A DNA stretch of 64,000 bases from Pavona decussata. Its lineage: Eukaryota. Positions 50,765 through 62,800 of this stretch are shown piece after piece. Each line of letters begins with the position of its first letter. The first letter of the stretch is position 1. The stretch spans positions 868,001-932,000 of the forward strand of contig CDRNST010000071.1 of the NCBI GenBank assembly GCA_977016875.1, given 5' to 3'. Below the pieces are notes generated by a model, which did not search any database, was not told the DNA's origin, and saw only the letters and a list, made by a program, of their open reading frames with translations. The translations under genes were made by a program, and so were the position numbers.

Positions 50765-52376
50765 TCAGGTATTCATAAAAACGTTTCGAGCCAATGCAAT
50801 CAGCCCAAGATGCAGAACGACGCGGAAAGCGCCGCTACTTTTCTTTGCCATCGCTGCAATTTTGTTGTCAACCGAGGAACTGAAAGTGACTTCAGCTGAA
50901 CTGAAAAGTAATGGTGAAACTCTAGCGGTCGAGCTTGAAAGGACTGGAAACGAATCATGTTGCTTGGAACTGGACGAGTTTCCTGGAACCGAGCTTGACT
51001 TCTCAACATACTGCGCATGCACCGGAGGATCCGAGGCTGACTGAGTACGACTTGAAGAAACCATACTTGGCGCCATTTCGGTAGAATATACGCTAAAAGA
51101 ATTAAATACGCTTGAAAAGCTGGTCGTGATTTTGCGCCCATGCTCGAGGTGAGCGCCAACATTGCATATCATCTCCTTGATTCCATACCCAGGGCATTCG
51201 CATTCTTTTCCAGTGACGTCATTTGTGTGATTGCGACACTTCCCGCCAAAAACGCAGCGGCTTTCACAACCGAGCTTAGTTCCCGCGCTGTAACGCAATG
51301 GCAAAGCCTTGGGACTTTCTCCTGGTACGGTTTGACTCACTTGGCCGATACACCCTTGAAACCTGCAAACATGAAACAGAAAGTCATATGAACTATCAGT
51401 AAAGGTTCATAAAAACTCAAAATAAAACTCTCTTTTGGTTCATTAGCATAAGACACTGTTCACCGAAGTGACAAGTTGGTTTACGAACCGCGTTGTAAAG
51501 TATTAAAACCTAGAGGCTATTTATTTTTCATAAGCCATTGACAAGAAACTGATAAGAATCTTTCTCATTCATTATTCCTATTTCGAAGGCAGTTTTTGAT
51601 CCTTCAGACTCCCTGGGTGTACTAAAAAAAAACATGTGACTCGTGAATCCGTTTTAACAAGGAGAAAATTTAATCAATTTATCACTTTTTTTGGAACAAA
51701 TATCAAAGAAAGCTATTCATTAAACTTTGTTTTTAACTGTTTCGACAATCATCTTCAAAGTGAATTGCTTAATCTGTTTTAAGTCCAGCCTCTTACAAGG
51801 TAACTCATAAATTTTCAATTATAGTTAAACTTACACAGATGTGATGGCTTGGCGGAAAATTCCTGGTTTCGCTAAAGAATTCAGGCTGATGAATAAAGGA
51901 ATGCTTCCAACGAACAGAGTGTCCCATTTTTCTCCCTCCGAGGAAGGAATTTCACAAGGGATGCTCTGTGAATGACATCCGTCCACTGAAAGGGTCAGGT
52001 TAGCGAGTGTTCTCGTTAACCGAACACGATGCCAACGTGAATCTGAGAAATTTCCTTGGATCACGAGCTCTTCCCAGGGGCAATTGTCAAAATTTACTCT
52101 TGCGCGGATATTTCCGTTAACCAGAAACAAGTCAAAGTTAAAGTAGTCGCGGTCATCTTGGTAGGCAAGAAACTTGTCGGATTTGTTCGTGTTAAAAAGG
52201 AACGAAAGCGAGCCTGGCCCGTGCCACGCACTGATATCATACACGGCGTGCGAATTGAACTCATTGTACGCCAGGAAAACGCTACTGGCGTTTTGACCTT
52301 GAACGCTTACCTGGGCCTTTAGTACAAAAAGAAAAAAGCATGTCAGATATTTAAAACATCCAGTAAACTTCGCCAT
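50765..52376 (-). CDS. Neurexin-like gene D: signal peptide-LamG-EGF-Ser-rich stalk-GPI-like tail, ~379 aa
   Basis: Exons 52376-51835 and 51362-50765 in frame. Motifs FSDSRWHRV, LFVGSIP, FQGCI and a divergent EGF CVFGGKC...CECPGYGIKEMIC; C-terminus KKSSGAFRVVLHLGLIALARNVFMNT. Confidence 0.85.
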
Positions 52377-53572
52377 GAAAAACGACCTAGCGAGGTAGCT
52401 CAGCAAGTTCAGTTGTTTTTGCAGTTGGCAGAGCACACGTGGTCTCCTGAAAGCGCCTTTGTCAAGAACACGTTTTAGTGCGAAGAAGTGAAGCTCTGAA
52501 CTGCTGAACTACAGAACGACAATGCTTATCTTCTGAAAGCATGTCATAATATCAACAAGATTCGCTGAAAGAGCGATAAGATCAGCATTTCAACATTACT
52601 GGGAGCTTCATTAAACTTTTTGATCCAAAACTTAGCATGCATACAAAAATTTAATGAGAATCGTACCACAAGCTGTCATATATCTGACATTGGGAAAGAA
52701 ATTCAACAATAATGTTAATGTATTAAATCGTTTAAATGTGCACTGATTCGACGGGTTGATCTCAGCGGGAAATATTCCTAGATGATAATTGGAGATTTTT
52801 CACTGATTTTTGTGGTTTGTAAAACCACTGATTTCCGATTCAAAATATACAGCTCAACACGTGTTAGATATCAAATTACCAACACACAATTAGGTTCCCT
52901 TTTCAATTTCAAAATTCTACAACCCACTAAAGATATTTACTCAGTTTTATTACTAAAAATGAATCCGGATTAGACATTAATTTAGACACTATAACAAATT
53001 CGCTATAATAAAAAATCCTTTTGCTGCAGAGCACTTAATAATTACCGGCAAAATCATATTTGAATAATCATGAGCGTGAAATTAACTTTCAGTTTAAGCT
53101 TGTCGGTTTAGTCCCTTCCTGTGATATATACACACAAATTAACGTAGTCAGCCCAATCTTGGGCTTTGTTAGAGAGTTTTTAAAACCTGTGCACCTTCAA
53201 TAAAATACACGGTGGCGAGCAAAGACAAACGCTTTCAAACTCAGCTGGGAAATTTGGCTGTCACCTCGTATTGAAGTTGATGCTGGGTGACTCGTTACGT
53301 AGGAAACAAAGCAATCTCAGCTAATCACATCAAAAATTCAGTAATTACCGCTGTGAATTAATGACGTGATGCAAAACATGCGACAGGTGCCAAGCGTGGT
53401 AAAACGTGTCATTGGCGAGAATCTCAAGTTTTGTTTCACGCTTTATATATTAAAGTTCTCTGACAACAAATCAACACTCAAATGGTTAATGTCATGAAAG
53501 GTGTAAGTCATCGCAATTTGAACTGATAACTCAAGTCAATCGTTTGTCTCACGATTGTGTAGCATAGTTGTT

Positions 53573-53620
53573 GATTGCGAGGTTTCGACCGCTATACTAC
53601 TGGTCTTCATTAGGCGATAG
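53573..53620 (-). ncRNA. Degenerate minimal type I hammerhead ribozyme motif (Penelope-associated type)
   Basis: The minus strand reads atcgc-CTAATGA-agacc-loop-ggtc-GAAACCTC-gcaat: one change each from CTGATGA and GAAACGTC, with stem II intact. Confidence 0.45.
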
Positions 53621-56238
53621 TTTCAACTAGCGTGTAAATTCCAAATTTCATTTGAACAAGTGGAAAAGCATTTTACCATAATAAAAATTCGATGATTATC
53701 GCCTATTTTTCGCTTTTAAATTGCCCGCGCACCGCCATTTTGAATTTCATGCCATCGTACTGATATGATTGACAGGAAACCATACGACGTCATGAAATTC
53801 AAAATTTAAGGGAGGGGAGATAGAGTAAAGAACGCACTTGATTATCTTAACCTTCGGAGGCAACACAGCAAACTCTTGAATCCGCTCTCGTCTTCCTGTC
53901 TGCGTTTACAACAGTTTACTTCAACGCGCAGAACGTTATTATAGTTCTCTTCTGTAAAAGTTGTCAGATCGGAGAAGTTGAAGTATCGTAAGGATAACAA
54001 AATGAAGACTATTTAACAATGTCAATACCAATTTTATTTTTTAGAAATGAATCAAATTAATACAAAAGTTTCATTTTAAAACTCTCCAGCGATCGTTTAA
54101 TTACTGAATAACTCGAAGTAATCCAGGAACTTGTAAATTGTTAGCCTTGGGCGACTGCACCGGTCGCTTCCTACTGATATAAATTAAATCCTTGCATGTT
54201 ACGAGTTTTATAGAACTGAGTGTAGCAGAATTGCATGAACTTACAGACTTACGCAAGGTAGTCCACAACTTTTAAAAGAACTTTGCCTGGCAAAATGCAC
54301 GGCTCTTGGAGCCTAGCACCTACTGTTCTTTCGTTACAGCGCAAAATGCCGAATTAAGGCGAAATAATAAAAACCAAAAATGAAGAAATTTCCGATGCAC
54401 TTTACTCCAGTTAATGTTCTCGCCATTTTTTTGTAACCAAGCAGACCGGCGAGAACGAGCGTTCATTTTTCAGACGACTGACCAATTGAAAACATAACGT
54501 CTTTAAACAACAATTAACAAATATATAGGAGTTTAGTATGAAATCCGGCCCAACAATATACTTTGAGCTGGTTCAAATAGCAATATTTTCTTTCCATAAC
54601 AGCGAAATGTGATCATGTTTTACAGTTCTTTGAAGTATTGAAGTGAAGTGGCCCTGGATTAAAAGAGTAACGAAGTATAAATTTGCCATTATTCGGCTAT
54701 CCACTGCTTAAAGATGCACTCAATTAACATGCAAATCATTGGCTTTACCTATCTCTTATTCTCATTTATTTACATCATTAGAATGTTCGTTACCTTTTAG
54801 ATCATTCATATCTTGTATTGTGCAATTTGCCAGCGAAAGTGTATCTGCTTAAATATACCTATTGAAGATTCCACAAGCTTTTTAAAACTATAAAAGCCAT
54901 TTCATGGATACAAGAGGTAAAACTCCTTAGGGTGTTTACAATTTTCTGGATATCTTACTTGGAATCAAACTGATCATAAAATTTCGGAAAATTCAGAGCT
55001 ATGGTTGTCATTTCTTCCGTTCCCAGTCTCCCTTCAAGGAAAGTCACGCGGTATTGTGAAGGGAAAGCGTAATCCCTTCCCATGGCCAGTAGCTGTTTTA
55101 CGAAAAACTTTCCATTATCCAACAGTGATACCAACCTGTTCTTTTTTCTAATTATTGCTAATGGTTAACACCCTTAATTTTGTCAATCACGACACAAACA
55201 GTATAAAGAAATTTCTTCTGAAGCTAACCCAAAATGTAAAGCATCCAGTTGCTCGGAAACTCCTTAATATTGAAGCTCCAATACAATAGCTATTAATGAA
55301 GCGAATATTACTATCCGACGATATATAGCAAGAATAACAATCTAACTTATGCAAGTTATTATTTTTATTAGGGGGAAGTAGCTAACTCTGTGCTAAATAG
55401 AATTGCAGGCCGCTTAGTTTTTTTTACAAAATACGAACATGCCATAATTCTTGATTGGTTTCAGCGCCGCGACCCTGTTTCTCAGATGTCGGAACAAGCG
55501 TGACACAAAATCCAAATTTTCATTTTTTGTGTCTTGTAGGCAGATAATTTTTTTTTTCATTAAGTAGCTTAAAAACGTTTCTTGCAGGATCCATGAGACT
55601 AATGATCAGTGCTTCCAAGTTTTTCTCTGAACAACATCTCAAGGCGACTGCAAAAATTCCAAACTGATGACCGAAGTCCACGATTGGTGGCACTGGATTT
55701 ACGTGGCGTGACGTCACCAGTGTGGAATGTTTGATGTCGCTCCTCAGACGTAATTTCTTAGGGGAAAGAAAAACATTGTGTTGAGTCATCATTGATGACA
55801 ACGGCACCAGCAAATTGTTACTGATACCCTATAACGCAGTTCTTTCATATTGCTAAACCATTTTAAGAACACGTTCTCAGGTAAATGAACAAAACTCGCA
55901 AGCGTTCTAAGTGATCGCTGATACATGCGGCCCTGACATTCCTGAAACAAAACTGCACTGGATCCAAACATTCCATAATCTGATAAATGCTGCTCTCTCT
56001 GCCATTATTAATTACAGTTGCTAAGCCGTATCCTTGCATCTCAGTCTTCGATCAGTCTCTGGTAGCAAATACATACTCGGTCCCATGCCAGATATTCCAT
56101 TCTTCGTTTACAAACAGCTATCGTCAGCTGCACAAAGAGGCAATTTACACTGGGCCTTCCTTGTCTAACCACTTCCTTGTACTCTACCATGATGATATTT
56201 GCCATGGTACGCATAGGACTCTCCTAAGACGCGGGCCC

Positions 56239-59200
56239 TTAAGCTTTCTCTTCGTGCGACGAGACATAAATTCGAGGTTTGGACTTCTGCGTGCGCGCAA
56301 CATGTTGTGGCAAATCTCCGCTGGACGACGCTGGCTCGGGTTTAAATGAACCGCTGTATCGAGAATTCCAGCGATACAGGAAAAATATTGTAACAAGTAT
56401 AGCAATAACTGCAACTACAACAAGCACAGCTATCACCCAAAACGGCACCACCTGCGGTAACGAGGCGTGGACCTGGGCACCAGTAGGAAGGAAGCTTGGG
56501 TCCGAGGTTGGTTCAGTTGTTGAAGACGATGACGACACGTCATCTTTAAATAAAAGAAGAGTAAGATTCAATATAAATTTTGAAATTGTATTCTTCATTG
56601 AACACCAGTCTGAAAGTTCGAGCAGAAAGTATAATAAATTAGATACCGCTGCAGTGATATTCAAGTTCTAAGGGTGTTGATCTCGTTACTGGACCGGATT
56701 AAGCTTTCGTTTCTGTTGAAACCACGGATTGCGTAACCAGATTATAACGTGTAAATAAAGTGCACTCACCGTAATTAAAGCTTTTTGAAAGAGAACATTA
56801 ATACTGCACTGTTAATTATTCTTAACGAAAGTTTCCACGTTTCGGGGTGCGCTGATGAAATCCTAAATCCTTGGGTCTAGGGTTGATTTTGTTTGTGTCC
56901 TCTTTTTTCGTTCACCAAGGTTGTAAAATTGGTAGCTTTATTTTGTACACTATTCGGTTTGCAGTGAAAATAGTTAAGGTTGATTTTGGGGCCCCTTTCA
57001 TGACATACCTGTCGTGGTCCCAGTAGTAATGTCCCCGCAGCTCGCATCCTCGTCATCCTCCATTGGATCGCATCCTGAGCCACTTGTCTCTGCTACTGTG
57101 GACCCATCAATCACACTGCCAACAATCTCAAATCGTTTGTCTGTTATTTCAGGCACGACATAATCCAATAACTTCATTTTCCTGAAGTAAAACTCTCTTA
57201 CCTCTCCAGATAAGTTCATTTTTGATTGAGATTTTAAGAAAACGTTCTTGGGTCCGCCGGCCAAGTACACTTTAGGGTCCGGATCCTCGACATTCAGCTG
57301 AAAAGATTTTCCTTTCATTTTTCCATCGGCTAACACGATACCATCAACCTTTAATGTCACGGCTCGGCCGCGTCTGCTAAATTCGACCCAGTGCCACTGT
57401 CTATCATAGACGAGAATCCCTTTTCCAGGTAAAACGACTTCACCTGGGGATTAAAGAACAAGCGAAATAACGGTTGGTTACCATTTCGCAAAATTCCATG
57501 CAGTTAATTCCCATCATCAATTTCCATTCAAGAAAAAGTTATTAATTTGAAGTTGATACTCTAAAGAATTAGCGCTTCATTGTGGTTGATCATGAGGTGG
57601 AAGGTATGATCCGTGAGAGGTCTGGAACCAGCCTCGTTTCCAGGCCTCATCACACTTATCGAAAGGGCCCAGCGTCATAGTTAGAGGCTTGGGACCGAAC
57701 TTCCCGATCAGCTCAACAGGAGACATCACATTCGACGCATCACGGGCGAATGGAAACAAGGATGGTCTGTGGATGATCCTTCTACTTCAAATGTTACTAT
57801 AATTAAAAAGAAGGCTATTGCGCAGTACTTTCTAGTCACGTGTTTGTGGATAGTACACTGCATGGTGCTCTACCCACTATGTCGTCAGGCATGTAAGAGA
57901 GAGCGAGTGAATGAGCGAACGAGTGAGTGAGTGAGTGAGTAAGTGAGTGTCCGTAAACAAGTAGGTCCGCAGCGCGTGCATAGCATTACACACATGTGCA
58001 CAATGCATACCTATTTGTTATTATGCCGTAGAAGGTAGTTCTAACTTTTGAGCCTGTGTTTAAAATCCTAAAGTGTGACCATTTAATGCAGTACCCTTAC
58101 TTACCCTCTCCAAGATCCACTTCTACTCGTATTTTGCCATTGACCATCTCTATAAACAGATAATCATTAACCGAGTGCGACTGGAGACTAAAAATTATTC
58201 CATTGGGAGCGTCAGTTCTCAGACCGAAAGCGACGTCGCTCGTGTTTGAATGCGATTTTTCTTCTGATGGATCCACGTGATAGACAATATAACCGCTTCC
58301 GTTCAGCCAAATGGATGCCGCCTCTAAAAACATGAAAGAGATATTACTTACTTATAGCCGAAGTCAATAGACTCTAAACTAATGATAAGAACACCGAGGG
58401 GAAAAAAACGAGAATAATTTTATTAGGGCAACAAGATTTTTCTGTCAGATATTGTCTAATTATTTGTGTCCCTGCGTTAATTTAATGTCTTCCTGCGCCA
58501 CTTAACCCGACATCACTATCTTGGGTTTCGTAGTTTTCCCGCGCTTTTGCCCCGACCTCAGTTTTGATTTCGAACACCGAGGCTAGATTTACGAAGTCCC
58601 TCTAATTTAAGAGGTATCTTAAGCATTGCTTTTTTAAGAATAGTGTGTTGTTGAAATCACAATAGACTGTTGGCCATCCGAGTTTTTATACTAGAGGACG
58701 CATTACCCGTCTGGACGAACGTGAGCAAACATTTGTTGTATGTATGTATGTGTATGTAAATCTTTTTTTAAACACGGAAAATCATCAGTTAAGCTTAAGT
58801 TAAAAACTAAAACTAATTACAACTGCTTTACAAGATTGCCGTGTGGGAATCCGTTATATCAGCTAACTTCTTGATATTTCGCACAAAATGCTCAACGGAT
58901 GAAGCATTTTTTAAGCTCAGCTTTTGTGCAAGTTATTCCATAACATGGCCCCGCTGTAAGAAAAGCTTCGTTTCAAATAATTGGTGTTTGGTTTGGACAG
59001 GGACAGCCTTCCCTCAGAGTTTCTTAAGTTGTAAGCAGAATGACGCTGAGAGAAAAGACTTTGTAGATATTCCGGACTAAGGTCATTTATGGTTTTATAC
59101 ATCATTTTTGTTTCTTTCGCCGAAGAGATAGCCTCTCCCAGTCGAGGGTGGAGAGAAGGTGGTTTGAGCTCTTCTGGTTATGCATCTGAAGTATAAAGAG

Positions 59201-59346
59201 GGGCACAAGACGCATTATCCGTCTGGACGAACTATCTTCCATTGTGCGTCGTTCAAGACGCACAATGGAAGATAGTTCGTTCAGACGGATAATGCGTCTT
59301 GTGCCCCTCTTTACAGAGATGCATAACCAGACGAACAACAAATGTT

Positions 59347-59377
<31 letters not shown>

Positions 59378-59842
59378 TTGTAGTATAAAAACGGCCATTG
59401 TTGAGAGTCAATACTTATGATACATTTTAACTTAATGATATAATGATAAACTTTAAGCCTTAATGATGTATAAAAAGTATAAATGACCTTAGTTCGGAAT
59501 ATCTACAAAGTCTTTTCTCTCAGCGTCACTGTGCTTACAACTTAAGAAACTCTGAGGGAAGGCTGTCCCTGTCCAAACCAAACACCAATTATTTGAAACG
59601 AAGCTTTTCTTACAGTGGGGCCATGTTATGGAATAACTTGCCCAAAAGCTGAGCTTAAAAAAATGCTTCATCCGTTGAGCATTTTAAGCGAAATATCAAG
59701 AAGTTAGCTGATATAACGGATTCCCACACGGCAATCTTGTAAAGCAGTTGTATTTAGTTTAAGTTTTTAACTTAAGCTTAACTGATGATTTTCCGTGTTT
59801 AAATAAAGATTTACATACACATACATACATACAACAAATGTT

Positions 59843-59873
<31 letters not shown>

Positions 59874-62800
59874 TTCTAGTATAAAAACGGCCATTGTTGA
59901 GAGTCAATACTTATGATACATTTTAACTTAGTTAGGAGACCAAAGCGCGGGAAACTGCGAAAACTAGGTATGACGACATTGGCTATCTTTCAGTGTTCTA
60001 TGGAAACTAAAATCTTTGCTCGAAGCAATTAAAGGATTAAAACTACATGGTATTTCTCTTAGGCTACAGTTATGTGAGCTGAAATTGTTACTGAAATGTA
60101 ATATGAGGAGAGAGATGTCAGGCCTTTCTCCAGTCAAGCCAGGTAAAATTCAACTGAGTTACCTAGCAACCAAAATGTTGTAACACGTTACTTGGCATGA
60201 CACAGGAAAGTAGCCACATGTGCTAAATTTATCCTCGTGTCCTTGTAGCTGATTGGTTAAACGAAATGGGCTATTCTCTCGTAATTGATATGACTCATGG
60301 AAAATTAGACAAAGGCAGGAAACAAAAACCTGATTCCGCAGACTCAATAACTACCTTCTAAAATTATCATAATCATAACAAAAGCAAGATAAGAAGGTTA
60401 AATAATTTCTAATTAAATTAACACCATTTCAAGGCTGATGCCGATATTGAGATAACATTAATATTTGTTTACAAGATCGCTGAAGTGAATTTCTGGCGTG
60501 GCAAAGCTGGAAAGAGATCGCAGATTAAATTAACTTTGATTTTAACCCCAAAAGAAGACAGGAAAATTCGAAGAAAATCTATCTATATATGCGCGATGAT
60601 AAAACTAAGGATAATTAGCCTTGTTTGAGATATAAATCCAACCCTTACGTAGTAATTGCAATGCGTGTAATACACTGTTACCCTTTGGAAAATGTGGTGG
60701 TACTTGATGATTGACTGAATTCTCGTTATCGTTTACTACAGAGTGAAATGAAATTGTAAGGAGAAATTATGATTTGATTGCTGGCCTCTTGTGGAGTTAG
60801 GTGTTAGCGGACTGTCATTCAGGCTTAGGCAGAAGATATCTATGTGGTTTATGGTTAACCATCTGCCGAAAGAAACGCCTTCTTTCTATTCAAAGAAACC
60901 TGATAACCTTGAAAAACAAGGAGTAAAATCACTGAGTAATTTGCATCAAAAATCGCCATTGTTTTGTTAGAAACAATACACTGCTCAACTGTTACCAACT
61001 AAGACAGCCGTGTAAAAAAAAAACACTGCTTCTTTTTGTTTTCTATGCAAACAAACTTCACTAGAGAATCAGGGTGGTTGATTCGCTGCTAGACAAGCAC
61101 AATGGATTACAACACATCAGTTTTCCTTTCAGTTATACTCAGTCTAAATGCCAAGTTGTAATTCTTCCAGCCAAAGACGGAAATGTATGATGTTATTATC
61201 CGTAATTTCAGTTGAAAGAAAGTAAAATTCAAGATAAAGTCTTGAATTGAAGATGAATTGTACCACCAATAATTACTTCACGCGAAACTTATCTTATACT
61301 TTTTAGTGTAGAACAGGAACTTAATTGAATTCTCATTCTCTCAGTGGTATTTTGTGTTTCTATAAGCGGAAAGTGAAACGGTTTATCGTAAAGTCGGTCA
61401 TTTTTCTGGTCAGCCATGTTTCTATTAGTCGGCAGTTTTTTGTTTTGTTTGAAGTTTTGGCGATTAAAATTTCACAAGGCATTTTCAACCGCGGAAAAAA
61501 CGTTGTCTTACTTGATAAACGGTGGTCCCCTTGTCTGAAAATTGCTAATATCACCAATTAATTAGCTACTAGTAAGGAAAACGTCTAAAACAAGAATGTT
61601 ATGCGCAGTGAGACTGGTACCCACCGTCCGTGCAGTTGGTTCCTTCGTACCCAGTTCCCTTGCAGTCACACAAGACTTCACGGCTGACAGTATCACGACA
61701 GACGCCTCCATTCATACACCGGTCGCTTTGTGAGCAAGGGTCCAGGCAATCCTGTGTTGTCCCATAAGTGCTCAATAAATGTGCTTCTTTCAAAGGTCCC
61801 CGGCCACCATTGTGCATAATCCCGCTTATGCAGCCCTGAAATCTAAATGTTCGGCAAAACCAATTAACCTTCTTTCTCTCAACACGGGATCATGCATTAG
61901 TTACTTCATGCGATATACATTCATACATTACTAGTCCATCGCGTTGAATACAATTAATGTCACACGTAGGAATTTTCACCTGTAAAATGTTCAGTGCATT
62001 GCCTGCTTTTTCAGTTTGATTCGGTTGGGATGAGTTCTATGAGTTTTTCTCAGTTTTTCTGAGGCATGAATATTATTCGACACGATTCAAGTATGACGTA
62101 TATTAAAATCGCACCCAACTTTTTGTTTTGTGTATGAAATTCTAAAGTGTGACCATTCAGATGTACCCCGCACAGAGCAGTACTTTCCTGTGGTTCGGCT
62201 GTGTATTATGCTGTAAAAGGTAGTTCAAGTTTTTAGACTGTAGATAAAAGCCTAAAGTGTGACCATGCAAAAGAAAGCTAGCCCGTAGAACTTCAATATT
62301 GGTGATCTCAGTGTGCAATAAATTCTGTGGATGAAAATCGTAAAGTGTGATTATTCAAACGGTACTGGCGTTTAGTTTGTTTGTTCTTAGCAATTTGTAA
62401 AATGAAATTAGTGTTTTCCATTAATTTCTAATCCGGACAATCATAATCAAGTAGTTTTTGCGTTGGTCAGCTAATTTTATTCAACAAGAAAGTTTCACAG
62501 AGGAACAATGTATTATTCATTAGGGAGGCTGGATTTCACTTCCAAAAATAAATTATTTATGTATATTTTTCTTCAAAATGAATTTATTAATTCTTTTCTC
62601 AGGAATAAAATGTTAAATTCTGTTTCGAAGCCGAAAGACAACGAAGTTAATTGAATCAGAAAACAGGAGTTGGTTAGTAAAGCGTGGTAATTTTGGGGAC
62701 ACTGTGTTTTGCACGAATTAAATTTTTACATCGCCTCTTTGGAGAGAGTACAAATTAAGAAAGAACTGTAAAATAATTGACTTAACTGCATTCGCAGTTT

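Noticed and set aside
56840-56890. CTGATGA followed by a stem, possible hammerhead
   Set aside because: No GAAA core after stem II.
57577-57780. GC-richer intronic stretch with hairpins resembling HDV or hammerhead words
   Set aside because: The required pseudoknot or core could not be built; likely a repeat fragment.
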